A stretch of DNA of 64,000 bases from Trichodelitschia bisporula (lineage: Eukaryota). Under the pieces are notes generated by a model that saw only the letters and a program-made list of their open reading frames with translations, ran no database searches and had not been told where the DNA came from. Below, piece by piece: positions 23,303 through 35,412 of this stretch; the first letter of the stretch is position 1, and the number at the start of each line of letters is the position of its first letter. The position numbers and the translations under genes are program-made. The stretch is taken from positions 123,224-187,223 of the forward strand of contig ML996694.1 in NCBI GenBank assembly GCA_010356995.1. The letters run 5' to 3'.

Positions 23303-26197
23303 ATGGCGCTCGTAGCGCCGCCAGCCCATGAGCGCAAGCGCGTCAAGGTCTACGAGCTGAGGAGCAATGACTGGTTTGATCGCGGCACGGGGTTCTGCAC
23401 TGGACATCTGGTCAACGTGAGTACCGCTACCCGATGTTTTCCCCTCACCACAGCCCGTCGCGCCAAGACTGCCGTTGTCCAACACTGCTGGGACATGTGG
23501 AGGTGTGCACATCGCTAACGCGTTTTTCTTAAACAGGAGGAGGCGCGCATTCACGTCGAGTCCGAAGATGATCCTGCGCGTATATTGCTGGACGCGAGGA
23601 TCTCTAGAGAGGATGGCTACCAGAAGCAACAAGGTCCGTGCTTGCCAGTTGGTCGATGACGAGAAGGAAACGATGCTAAGCGCTATAGACACCTTGATTG
23701 TCTGGACAGACGCAAATGTCACGGACATGGCTCTGAGCTTCCAGGAGCCAGAGGGCTGCGCTGCGATATGGTACGACTCCATACGAACTCCATGCGCTGT
23801 AGCTGACAGACCAGGGAATTCGTGAGTGAAGCGCAGCAGAGATTGGGAGGAGGCCCTGTGGCCGGTGGTATGAATTTTCTCATATCTCCTACCGCGCCGG
23901 CGTGGCTAACCTCTCAAGAAGACGGTCTGTCCGACGACGTCATGGACTCGGCTCACTCTTTCTCGCTCCCGCCGCCCGAGCTCGGCAACCTACCGGACAT
24001 AGAGAATGCTATGCGCCAGGCCAACGCAACGGCGCAGGGCCGCGACGCCATGGCCAAGTTTGTTGTGTCGGCTGATTACATTGCGAAGCTGGTGCCGTTG
24101 GTCGAGATGGCTGAGGACTTGGAGAGTCTGGTTGATTTGCATCGGCTGTGCAACATGATGAAGACGCTGATCCTGCTCAACGATACGTCCATCATGGAGT
24201 ACGTGGTGACGGACGAAGTGATATTGGGCGTGGTGGGCGCACTGGAGTGTAGGTTTTTCGCTGCCAGATCTTTCGGATGCTGATGCGCCTAGATGACCCC
24301 GATTTCCCCAGCCACAAGGCGAATCACCGCCAGTACCTAGCGGACCCGTCGCGCTTCAAGGAGGTCGTCAAGTGGGAGGACCCAGTGATACGGAGAAAGA
24401 TCCACCACACCTACCGCCTGCTATACCTCAAGGACGTTGTCATGGCTCGAATACTGGACGATCCCACCTTCGGCGTACTCAACTCCCTCATCTTCTTCAA
24501 CCAGGTCGACATCGTCCAATACGTGCAGAACAACGCGGTGTTCCTCCGGGAGCTGTTCGGTCTCTTCGGGCCACAGGAGACAGATGTGCGGCGCAAGAAG
24601 GAGGCGGTCATGCTCATCCAGCAGTGCTGCCAAATCGCAAAGAACCTGCAAGCCAACGCGCGCCAAATGCTCTATTCGAGCTTCATCACGAGCGGCCTGT
24701 TCAGCGTCATCACCTTTGCGCTGAAGCACGTCAACGCGTCCATCCGCATGGCCGGCGCCGAGATCCTGATGGCGCTCATCGAACACGACTCGCTCATGCT
24801 GCGCGGCCAGATCTTCAAGGCGATTCAGGACCAGACGAAGCCGCTTACGGACACATTGATTGAGCTGCTCCTAGCAGAGACAGATCTTGGGGTCAAGTCG
24901 CATATGGCGGACGCCATCAAGATTCTGTTGGATCCGACGGCGAATACCCAGTCGATGGAGGCGATTGGCCGCCAGAACGTGGACTTTTTTGCGCGGTTCC
25001 GCAGCAACTCTGCTATGGCGCAGCCGGAGAATTTTGGGCTGGAGTTCTATACGGCGTCGGCGAAGAAGCTCTTCCGTCCGCTGAGGGAGTTGGAGGGCCG
25101 TGAGTCGAGTAGGTTTTCGTATCTCTATACCGCGTATGTGGACTAACGGTGTAGTGCGTACCCTCACGCAGCAGGAGATTGCGCTCTACTCGCATCTCGT
25201 CGAAGTACTCTGGTACTTTGTCCGCCAACACTCCCTCCGCAGCCGCGGCTTCCTAGAGCAAGAGAACCTCTCCGCACGCGTCGCGCAACTCATGCAATGT
25301 CCGGAGAAACACCTCAAACTCACAGCGCTCAAGTACTTCCGCGTCTGCATCGGCCTGCACGACCCCTTCTACAGCAGGCAAATTACGGCAAACCGGCTCT
25401 TCGAACCCGTCCTCGACATCGTGGATCAAACCATGGCGCGCGATAACTTGCTCAACTCTGCCTGTTTGGAGTTATTCGAATTCATCAAGAGGGAGAATAT
25501 GAAGGATCTTGTTTTGCACCTGGTTGAGAATTATCAGGAGCGGCTGGAGCGCATTACGTATGTGCCGACGTTTAGGGAGTTGATTGATAAGTACGAGCAG
25601 TACATCGCCCCTCCCCCCGAGAATTTGTCTTTCACGAGCGTGGAGACGGAGGCTACGCCCCTGCGTCTAAGGAATAGTGGCCATTTCACGGGTCTCGCGG
25701 AACCGGATCCGGTCCAGGCGGCGTATTTCGAGGAAGGGGATGATGGGGATGAGAATGCGGAGCCCCCGCCGCCGGCCACCAATGGGTCTACGCCTGTCAA
25801 GCCGTTGGTTGATTACCCAGAGGACGACGACGAGCCCATGGACATTCTGGCGGGGGACATGACATCCGACCCCTCCGACCCCGCGCCCACCATCGAGGCT
25901 GCACCCCCTAGCACGCCCTCCCCGCCGCAGAACGCTGCGCCCAGTCCTCCAGAGCGGGTCGCTGAAAAGCGCAGGAGAGAAGAGGATGATGATGATGAGT
26001 TGGGGAAATTGACCGCGCAGCCGAAGAGGAGGAGTAGTAGTAGTAGTCTGGGGAGTGCGACGGGGGTGACGGCGGCGAGTGTGGGGACGGGGATGAATAC
26101 GAGGAGGAAGAAGGGTTTGGGGGGGAAGGATGGGGGGGCGGGGAAGAAGATTAGTATTAGTCTTGCGGTTAAGAGTGGGGAAAGGGAGGGAGCGTAG
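23303..26197 (+). CDS. PSY2: Protein phosphatase 4 regulatory subunit 3 (Psy2/SMK-1), multi-exon
   Basis: EVH1-like KRVKVYEL...WFDRGTG, YQKQQ/DTLIVW, DMALSFQEPEGC..IW; DUF625 region VVGALE/DDPDFP, KIHHTYRLLYLKDVV.AR.LDD; NLLNSACLELFEFI. Confidence 0.95.
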
Positions 26198-27541
26198 GGG
26201 GAGGGCGTTGGGATGGGGGAGGGGATGAGGGGATAGGGGGGGGTGTGGGCGTGCTGTTTATGGTTGTTTGAACTGATGAGCGGTGGACTGGACAATGAGG
26301 TGCAACACGTTCGGCGTCTTTATGGGTGTCTCTCTGCGGAGGGGGGGGGCGTTTAGCGCGTTGGGTATGGAAGGGGTCGTGGTTTTCGGCTCTTCTCTTT
26401 TGTCGAAGGATTTGACTGGCCCTGAGGGGTTGGGAGCGTGGTTTCGTTTATGGCTAGATGCGCGCGCGGCGAGGATCTGGTCTTTACTTGTATGATAATG
26501 GGTACGAGGATGAAGTGCTGATGATGGAGGGCATGTGGTGGGGGGGGGGGGGAGGGGTAAAGCTGAGTCCAACCAAATCGTGATGATGCAACCTACCGTG
26601 TTTATCTATTGAATAAGTACGGGACTTGCTCCACTGCACATAAAGGTTCCGAGCAGCGAGAAGTCCCAATCATGATATCCCAACCGCAGGCCGGCGTCGT
26701 GAACTTCACCTGCGGAGCCAACGACCCGGCCCGAGACCGCAGCCAATCCCCACCCACCAACACGGCATCCCGACTTCCCGACCTCCTCCCAACTCTCAGC
26801 CTCGTCGCTCCGCCCAGCAGTCCAGCATGCAACGCCTCACAGCCCAGCGTTTACAACATTCAACAGCTAAAAGCGACATTGTTCATGTTTATTAAACGCA
26901 TCATGCTACGACCATAGGCTGCATCAGTCATCTTGGGGTACGTCTGCAGGAGGTTGAGATCTGGAACGTTTCCCGCGTGAAGTTTCGCGCGCCACGGGTT
27001 GGCGTGCCCTGGGTACAGTATTGTGTACGCAAAACTGCCTACATCCCAAGAAGTCGACGAGTTCCACCTAGTTCTAGCAACTTGAAAAAGCGCGATGAAA
27101 TGGCTTGCCGCCGAGATGCTGCCATCGCCCTCCTCATCTTCTTAACCTTCCCATCCAAAGCCGCAATCGCCAATACCAACACCCAAACGCCAGGACCATC
27201 CAACACCCCAGCTATAGCATAAAACACCCGCGTGCCCAGACCTCCAACACCACAGCCCTATATCTAACTCCCACAGCCCACTCTCCCCCACACGCGGCCG
27301 CTTCCGCATAACGCCGTCCATCCGGCGACGATCACCCGCTGCTTTGTTTAGAATGGGCGCTGGCGTTGGCGTATCGGCGAAAGTACGCCCAGTTGGCCAG
27401 CGGCGGGGAAGCTATGGGAACAGCCGTGCAGAGGGGGCGATATAAGATGCCCCGCGCCATGATGCCCTCACCCAGTATCTACACTCCCTCACCCCCACCA
27501 CATTCCTTCCCTCGCCTCCTCCGCGAGGCCGACATCCCACG

Positions 27542-29041
27542 ATGTACCTCCTCCCCGCCCTCCTCCTCCTCCCCCTCGCCTCCGCCATCCCCACCCCCTC
27601 AGAACCAGAACCCCCCCTCCAAAAGCGCTCCTTCAGCATCCCGCACCCCGCCCGCCCCCTCTCCGACGGCCCCGCAGCCCTCCACCGCGCCTATCTAAAA
27701 CACGGCATCCCCGTCCCCGCCAGCCTACGCAAACGCGCCTTCGGGTTCCTCCCACCGGCACCAGTACCAGCACCAGTACCAGGGGCATCGCAAGTCTTCG
27801 CTCCGGCGAGGGCGGCGCCGACGGCGGCAGCCCCGGGTAGCCCAGCGGCCCTTGCGGGGCCGGATAACGGCGTGACGAGCGTCGCGGCGGTTACGGTGCG
27901 GAATGATCTCGAGTACCTGTCTGTGGTGGAAGTGGGGGGAACGAAGCTGAGGTTGGATTTTGATACGGGGAGCAGTGACCTGTAGGTTTCCCAGCCCCCT
28001 CCCCCGTTCGCCCGCTTCGTTCACTCGCTTCGCGCGCTCGCTTCGCTCGCTCAGGCTAATGATCCAGGTGGGTGTTCTCCGACCGCCTCCCCGTCGACCA
28101 ACGCAACGGCCACGCTTTCTACGCCGTCGCCGACAAGACCTCCGCCGCACAGCCCGGTCTAAGCTGGAAAATCGCCTATGGGGATGGGAGCGGTGCGGCG
28201 GGGATTGTGTACACTGATCGCGTGAGCGTGGGGAATGCGACTGCTACATCACAAGCCGTCGAAGCCGCGACGTCGATAAGTGTCGAGTTCATCCAGGAGC
28301 ATAGTGATGGATTGCTGGGGCTAGGCTTCGGACACACGAATACCATCAAGCCCAAGGCCCAGCCGACGTTCTTCGAGAACATAAAGCACGCGCTCCGGGA
28401 ACCGTTGTTTACGGTTACTTTGAAGAAGAATTCGAGCGGGATTTACGATTTTGGGTGGGTTGATCGCGCGAAGTATGCGGTACGTTCACTTTCGGGGATC
28501 CGTGATGTGGGGCGGGGCTGATGAAAAGCAGGGCGAGTTGCAGTACGTGCCTATCAATACGACCCGCGGATACTGGGAGTACACGGCGACGGGCTATGCA
28601 GTCGGCACGGGGCCAATGGTCGACATGCGCTTCCAGTCCATCGCCGACACGGGCACGACGCTGATGCTCATGCCGCCCGCCGCGGTGGCGGCGTACTACG
28701 CCGCGGTTCCCGGGGCAAATCTCAACGCCACGGAAGGCGGCTGGGTCTTCCCGTGCACGTCTGCGCTGCCGGATCTCAAGGTGCGCATGGGAGACGTGGT
28801 AGCGGTTGTGCAGGGACAATTCATCAACAGAGGGGTGAGTATGACGCCGGGGAGCGCGGCGTGCTATGGGGGGTTGCAGAAGGGGAGTGAGACGCTGAGT
28901 ATCTGGGGGGATGTGTTTTTAAAGAGTCAGTTTGCGGTGTTTGATGGGCGGGAGCCGCCGAGGATTGGGTTTGCGCCGCAGAGGAGCTTTGAGCCGTTTG
29001 ATTTTGTGGCGCAGAAGTTGAGTGATAAGTTGGTGGTGTAG
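27542..29041 (+). CDS. Secreted pepsin-family (A1) aspartic protease, 3 exons
   Basis: Signal peptide MYLLPALLLLPLASA, propeptide with KR sites, catalytic LDFDTGSSDL/W and IADTGTTL, W.I.YGDGS, DGLLGLGF, IWGDVFLKSQF.VFD. Confidence 0.95.
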
Positions 29042-29922
29042 TAGGTTGGATAGGGTTCGACGGGTGGCGTTGGGGTTCGTGCTTGGACAGGGTAATGTAG
29101 AGTGGTAAAGGGTAAATAAAGATGAGTGCTGTTGATCTTTCGCTTCAAACGTGGGGCGCTTCAGGGTTTGATTTCTTGGGGAGCCTGTACATAAAACGGG
29201 TTGGCATCGGCCGAAAAGGGAGAGTGAAGTCGGATGGTAATTGTATCTTGGGAACGCATGATCTGGGGCTCGGTGATATCAGATCGAAGTATGGCAGGGA
29301 AGTATAGGGGAGTACGTCGAAAGTGTAGGATCCAACGGCCGTACCGGAGCAATCGCCCGTACGGCAGGTTCCCCACAACGGATCGCCCTTGGAGATGTCG
29401 TAAAAGTTCAAGAACCTGGACTGCGTATTGAGCGGCGTCTCCGGGTCCGTTGCACAAGCCCGGAGCACGGTGAGAATTACGGGCCGGTTGAGGCCTCGCG
29501 GTCGGTACGATCAACCCGGCTCATCGCCGGACGCTGCATCCCGAGTATTGCTGGATACTCTCCCGAGAGCGAGGAAGAAAATGGCGGGCCGCACGTCGAA
29601 GCAAGGCGTAGGCCGGACCGAAATACCGAAGCAGACCGTAACCCCTCGCCCATCGGCCGCCAGATCCAGTTTCCGAGCGAGAAGTCCAGACACCTTCCTC
29701 ATTCCCACCCATGACGTGAACGAGGCGCAGGGCGCATAAGCAGAAGAAGTAGCATTACCGAACCACCAGTTCTATATGCCTTCCCCTTCCCCCCCTTCCC
29801 GCTCGCGGGTTAAAGAACACAGCAATGCACATGGCGTAGTATAAACCCATCCTCCCATGCAAAACGCCCCCCCCCCCGTATCCCAGACCCTAGGAGAACA
29901 TCCCACCAGCGAGCGTACAACA

Positions 29923-32373
29923 CTAACCCCTCCCAAACCGCGCCCTCACCCGCTCCCGCCACCCCATCTTCCGCGGCGTCCCAGGCGCACCCCTCACCCC
30001 CTCCCCAGCACCAACAGCCACACTCGCCCTCCCCCCAAATCCACTTCGCGCACTCTCGCCCACGGCAACAGATGCCCTCTCCGCCCTCAAACCCCTCTCC
30101 ACCCCCCCCCTCCTCACAGCCTCCCGTTCCCACATCCGATCGCACTCCCTCCAAAACCGGCCACCCCTCGCCGTTTCGTCGTCGCTACTCCCGCTGAACG
30201 CGCTCTTCGTCGGGGAGGCGTTCGCACTGGCACGGCCTTCGAGGGCGGAGAGCGCGGCGCGGTGCGCAGGGAGGGTTGGTTCTTGGTGGGGGAGGGATAG
30301 CGTGGGCGGTGGGAGCGTCAGGGTAGGCAGCACCAGCGTCGGCGGCTCGGGCTCCTCGTCCACCTCCGTCTCGTCCTCCTCTTCCGCTTGAACTTGCATA
30401 TCCCGCGTCTCCATATCTCGCGTTTCCGTATCCCGTTTCTCGGCAGATGGTGAAGTTGTGACGCCCGACCCATCCAGCTCAAGCGGTACCCTCACGCCCT
30501 CCTCCCCCTCGACCACAATCATCGGCGTAACAACCTCCTCCCCACGCACGCCGCCACCCCAGCCGATCCATTCCCACCCCAGTGCCCCGCCAGCGGACCA
30601 CGAGCGGCGCGCGCGGGAGGGGATAGGGCGGGGGGGACGTTCGGTGGACGGGACGGGGGAGGCGGATAGAGCGGTGTTAAGCGTGAGATTAGGTGCCGGC
30701 TGTGTAGATACTAAAATCGGTGGCTCTGTCGGTGCCGAGCGAATCGTCGTTAGTCCCGCAGCCGGCGACCCATCCCGCTCTCCCCGTCCACGGCGTACCG
30801 TGGTCGCGGGACTCGGACTCCGGGAGCACGAATACGCGCTCTGCGCTCTACTCCTCGGCGGGAGGGACAACGGCCTCGGCTTCGTTGCATCAAGCGGGAG
30901 CGAGACAGCCCTCATCTTCGGCCCGAGACAGGGCAGCGCCTCCTCCGTCGGGAACCGAAAATGCGGAGACCAGCTCTCCGCAAAGAACACCCACGCCGCG
31001 GACAAAACAACCAAATCCCTCAACCCGCCATCCGTCTTCACCATCTCCACCCCCCCAGCCTGATCTGGCACCTCGTAGCTATCATAAACATCAAGCTGCT
31101 GCTCGCTCAGCGCCGCCACGACGGGATGCCTCGTCGTTCCGGGGAGCAGGGTGGTGAAGTAGAACCGGCGCTCCTCGTCGGGACCACTCCTCCGCCGCTT
31201 CGCCTTGGGGATGAACCAGCGCGCGGATTGTGTCGCGGGGCCGGATGCTTGTCTTGCGAGATCATAAACCCCGCTCCCGCCGGGCGTCGCGCGCCACACC
31301 GCGTCGTCAGTGCACAAGAGCACAACCCCAGCCCCCGCCCCAGCCCCAGCATCCGCAGCAATCACGCCCACGACCTCCGCATCATCATCCTCATCCTCCT
31401 CCGCCCCATGGCGCCAATCCCCCGCGCGCAGCACAACGAGATCATCACCCCTAACCCCCTCCCTCCGGCCACGGGCATGCCGCTGCAACTTCTGCGCTAG
31501 CTTGGTGCGCGGCGCGAAGCGGCTCCCGGGGACGATTTCGAAGATGGGTTTATGGAAACCGGACGGCGTGCGGAGTTGGAGCTGGAGCAGGACGCGCGGT
31601 CTTATGAGGCCTGTTTTGCGGAGGGGGACGGTGGTGGGGGGTGGGTGCGCGAGGCGGTATTGGGTCCGGGGGCGGCGGGGTTTGCGCGGGGAGGGAGGGG
31701 GGGAGGCGGAGACGGTGGGGATGGCGGGGGGTGGAGAGAAGGCGGGTGGTGGAGAGGTGTAGGCTGTTGGGGTAGTGGGGGCCAGAGGTGTCCTGAGAGA
31801 AGGGGCGGGGGAGCGCGGGGCTGGCGATGAGGTGATGGGGTCGGGTGGTCGCGGGGGCGCGGTGAGCGACGGACTGTCTGGCGGGGAGTGGTCGTCGAAG
31901 GCGCCGGGGATGCGCAGGCGGAGATCTTCGGGGTGACGCATTGACCGGATGGCTGCGGTGTGATGCTCTTCCTTCGCTGTGACAGTGACACCGGCCTCCT
32001 CTTCAACATCAACATCAACATCCTCAATCTCCCCCTCCTCAGGCACATCCCTCAACTCCGCCATCGTAACCCTAACACTACTCGCCCTAACCGGACCAGT
32101 CCTCTTCACCGCCGGCGGGGCATGCGGACTCCGCTGCCGAATATCATTCAACACACTAAGCGGTGATCTAGGCAGCAGACGCGGATTCTGACGGACGGCC
32201 GCGGGCGGTGTAGTCGTGGGTGTAGTGGAAGGCGATGGTGTGGCGGTGACACTCGAGGGCGCCGCCGCACTGCCAACGGTGGCATGCCTCCTCAGGCCGG
32301 CGCGGCGCGCGCGCGAGAATTCGTGCCCGTGCTGCGCGGCGGCATCGGCGGTGAGCATCGAGAACTGGAACAT
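29923..32373 (-). CDS. Hypothetical Pro/Ser-rich protein with a central globular segment
   Basis: 816-codon ORF; ordered-looking core YRLAHPPP...RPRVLLQLQ...FEIVPGSRFAPR...RFYFTTL...RHPVVA...LVVLSAAWVFFAESWS; true start uncertain. Confidence 0.7.
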   Translation of the reverse strand: MFQFSMLTADAAAQHGHEFSRARRAGLRRHATVGSAAAPSSVTATPSPSTTPTTTPPAAVRQNPRLLPRSPLSVLNDIRQRSPHAPPAVKRTGPVRASSVRVTMAELRDVPEEGEIEDVDVDVEEEAGVTVTAKEEHHTAAIRSMRHPEDLRLRIPGAFDDHSPPDSPSLTAPPRPPDPITSSPAPRSPAPSLRTPLAPTTPTAYTSPPPAFSPPPAIPTVSASPPPSPRKPRRPRTQYRLAHPPPTTVPLRKTGLIRPRVLLQLQLRTPSGFHKPIFEIVPGSRFAPRTKLAQKLQRHARGRREGVRGDDLVVLRAGDWRHGAEEDEDDDAEVVGVIAADAGAGAGAGVVLLCTDDAVWRATPGGSGVYDLARQASGPATQSARWFIPKAKRRRSGPDEERRFYFTTLLPGTTRHPVVAALSEQQLDVYDSYEVPDQAGGVEMVKTDGGLRDLVVLSAAWVFFAESWSPHFRFPTEEALPCLGPKMRAVSLPLDATKPRPLSLPPRSRAQSAYSCSRSPSPATTVRRGRGERDGSPAAGLTTIRSAPTEPPILVSTQPAPNLTLNTALSASPVPSTERPPRPIPSRARRSWSAGGALGWEWIGWGGGVRGEEVVTPMIVVEGEEGVRVPLELDGSGVTTSPSAEKRDTETRDMETRDMQVQAEEEDETEVDEEPEPPTLVLPTLTLPPPTLSLPHQEPTLPAHRAALSALEGRASANASPTKSAFSGSSDDETARGGRFWRECDRMWEREAVRRGGVERGLRAERASVAVGESARSGFGGRASVAVGAGEGVRGAPGTPRKMGWRERVRARFGRG

Positions 32374-34215
32374 GACGAGGGCGACCCGGTGTTTGGGCGG
32401 GGAGGCGAAGGGTAGTGAGGGCTGGGCCCGGCGGCGGAGGGCATGGGCGATTGGGGTAGGGACGGCGGATGCGGTGGGATTATGAGTGATGTGTGTTTGT
32501 GTGTGTGTGGATTGATGTCTGTTAGGTGAAGGCTTTCCGGTCGGAGGCGTACGTAGCAGGGCGACCGTTTTGTTGTTTGGTGCGATGGTTGGTATCGTGG
32601 TTTAGTGTGCGCTAATGGGCTGGGTAGACGATGTGGGGAGCGGAAGGCGAAGGCTGCGCGTGCCGGGACTTGGCTTAGGTTTGGCCTGCCCCTGCGATGT
32701 GTACGCGGAGACGGAGGACGGAGATGCCGGTGATGGCGATGAATAGTGTGGTACGGTGTTGAGGGAATGAAGGAGAGAGGATCGTGGGAATGAAGGAGAG
32801 AGGATCGTGAGAATGAGAGAAAGTGGAAGTGTGAGAGCAAAAGGAGAGCCGAAGAATAAGGTTAGAATATTACTGGATACACGCTCACCAACCCTCCAAC
32901 ACAACTGACCAGACAACAAGTGACAGGATCAACAACGCTATCCACAGCTGAAGAACAGGAGCTGAAGGAACACGAAGCCGGGGCAAAGTGGTGCAATGTG
33001 CAACAACACCATTCCACGCCGACATCTACATCCGTACTGCATATCTCCAACCCACCCTCTCCCCATCACCACGCAAACCAAGGCGCTCCTCAGCCCTACC
33101 CCCCGCCAAAACAGGCTGGATGGCAGACTCCAATCCCCCCGACTCGGCTCATGAATCCCCCCGTCGCATCCAGGCACGTCTCTTCAGCCCCGGGCGTCCC
33201 GACGCAATTAATCGCCCACACGTCTCGTCGGCCTCAATATCGCTTCTCTTATTCGCTGTAAACCCCCCCTTCAGCGCTCAGGCACCCCGGCAGTGGCAGC
33301 CGCGCCGCGCGCATCCGGCTGCGGACGAATGCCGGCCCAGGCGACGTCGATCCCCGTGATTGCTGACCGGTATCGAGGGGGGGACGGCTTCATATCGCAC
33401 TCATCTATCATATTACCCCGATAGATAATTCCATCTCCAAACATCGTCATAAGCACCTGTAAGCATCATCGAAATCGAACATCGAAGCCAACTCCCCATT
33501 CCAGCCGCAAAAATCCAGTTTCTACGGTATCGCTCAAGCCGAGCGCCTGCCGCTCCCGCTCACCCCGACCTCAGCTTCTCCCCACAATCCCAGCTTCCAC
33601 TGCAGCCATCGCGAACCCAGCCGGCATCGCATGCGCGCGGATCGGCGCGGATGCTGGCGTCGCTCCGCATCCGGCTTGGCTGCGTCGAGGCGGAATGGGG
33701 AGACTGAACAATTCCGAGGACGTTAGTGGCTGCCAACGCGGGGTAAAAAAGAGCCAAAGAAAGGATATCAACTCGTGCTAAAGTAAATGGATTTAAGAGA
33801 TTTTGTAGCCGGAGTTAGAGCATTTGGGTATGTCCGCAGATCAAGTTTAGCTGTCTATACTGAGGTATCGCTCATTGTGATCGCGGACCTATCAGTCCAC
33901 CGTATAGCGACAGCCCGGCTTGTGCGAACTAGACGCTTCCCGCGTGCTCCGGTCTGCCATTGCCGTCAGCTACCGCACTCTAGAACACCAGCGAACACCA
34001 CCCTTTCCCTTTCCACCATGACATCGTCATCTCGTGCCCAATCCGCCTCTTCCCGCCCTTAACCCTCACACTACATCACGTGACCCCACGGCTCCCCTTG
34101 AAAAGCCTCCGCCGCGTCTTCCGAAAGCGGAAATATAAGTCCCGCCCCAAGCCCAAACCGTCAACCACCCAACCTTACAGCCTTACAGCCTTACACCTCA
34201 TCCACATTCAACAAA

Positions 34216-34655
34216 ATGTCCAACCCCGGCCCCATCTCCTCGAACCGCGAATTGCTTTCCGATCTTAAGGAAGACACCGCAGAGCGTATGCGCGCCCACG
34301 AGCCCGGTGCTTCGCATGTAGCTGGTGAGTTGCTGCCTCCCTTCGCCTTGCAGCGCGTGCTAATCCTAGCCTAGGTGCGACTGGGAAGCTAGCGAGCGCA
34401 ATCGCGCAGCACCACGACATCGGCGCTGGGAACTTAGCCTCAGGCACGCGGACCGTGCTGGGGAGCGTGCCCGTCGGCCGAGGGCCGCTGGATCGCGACG
34501 CGGTGCTCGAGAGTTTGGATATGAGGGCGACGAAGAAGATTGATGAGCAGACGGGGGGCGAGGGGTTTGGGCAGGAGAGGGGGAGTGAGGGGGCGAGGCT
34601 GCAGAGTGCGGCGGAGCAGTATGCGATGGGGATGGAGGGGGAGGGGAGGAAGTAG
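34216..34655 (+). CDS. Small hydrophilic protein, SMP/LEA-like C-terminus, 2 exons
   Basis: CAAAATG start, intron 34325-34374 (GTGAGT...GCTAAT...TAG); ~129 aa ending DMRATKKIDEQTGGEGFGQERGSEGARLQSAAEQY. Confidence 0.7.
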
Positions 34656-35012
34656 ATGGGGTGTGTGTAGGGACTAGAAAGGGAGTTTGAATGGAAGACA
34701 TTGGCTTGAAGTGCGTGCAGATGACCGATTGATGTGGCATCGCTTCTCGGGTCTGTCGTACATATATTGACCAGGAGGTGATTATCTTCTAGTGCTGTTG
34801 GATATCAAACACTGATAGCTCTACCCCGATTTAACCCAGAGCCGGATCGTCCTTCCCATCTCTCGGGAATTTTGGAAGGGGATGTATCGGCCCTTTTACT
34901 GCTTTGGCGGCAAGGAAATCGGCCCTCGGCGAGTAAAGCGATTCAACCCTTCGAGCGCTTAACGGACAATAAGCTAAACGCTCTTAGTACTCGGCCTTTT
35001 GTTGTTTGCCTC

Positions 35013-35412
35013 CTAATGGGATGGTGATACAACCTTGCGGAGAACGCGGTATGCCTCGGTGGGAGCGTAGCAATCGATAATCAAACTATTGATGCCCCTT
35101 GCCACAGTGCTGCTCATGAATTCAAGCACCTCGATGGCCTTACGGTGGTTGTCGTCGTACTTCCGTTTGTGCAACTTGTAGCGTTCGATGTCGAACTGTA
35201 ACTCCGGTGTCATTCGGTCGCCGGTGAAGGAAGGCGTTTTGGGGCGAGCCTGAGGCTCCCACGGATCATGGTTCGTCATCGTCATCAGGAACGTCGAAGT
35301 CCAGCAGATGCTCAGCGTCAAGTTTCCGGGCATGCCGCACGAGCTGTGCCTCCCATTCGACCCACTGTGGGTTTTTACACTGCGTTAAAATTATTCTGTC
35401 GCCCGGAGCCAT
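35013..35412 (-). mobile_element. Degenerate Ty1/copia-type gag relic
   Basis: MAPGDRIILTQCKNPQWVEWEAQLVRHARKLDAEHLLDFD...EP*, then by frameshift ...ERYKLHKRKYDDNHRKAIEVLEFMSSTV...IIDCYAPTEAYRVLRKVVSP, resembling fungal copia gag N-termini; no LTR or pol seen. Confidence 0.55.

Noticed and set aside
4552..26197. Functional cluster of transcription and DNA-damage genes (PARP, NC2-alpha, RING-PHD, Med22, Psy2)
   Set aside because: Interspersed with unrelated metabolic genes and no shared motif seen; compatible with ordinary gene order.
28005..28055. GCTC/GCTTC repeats resembling an AAV Rep-binding element
   Set aside because: Short simple repeat inside an ordinary protease intron; no ITR palindrome or viral ORF.
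32067..32076. TAACCCTAAC telomere-template-like sequence
   Set aside because: Single occurrence inside a long ORF in a C/A-rich block; expected by chance.
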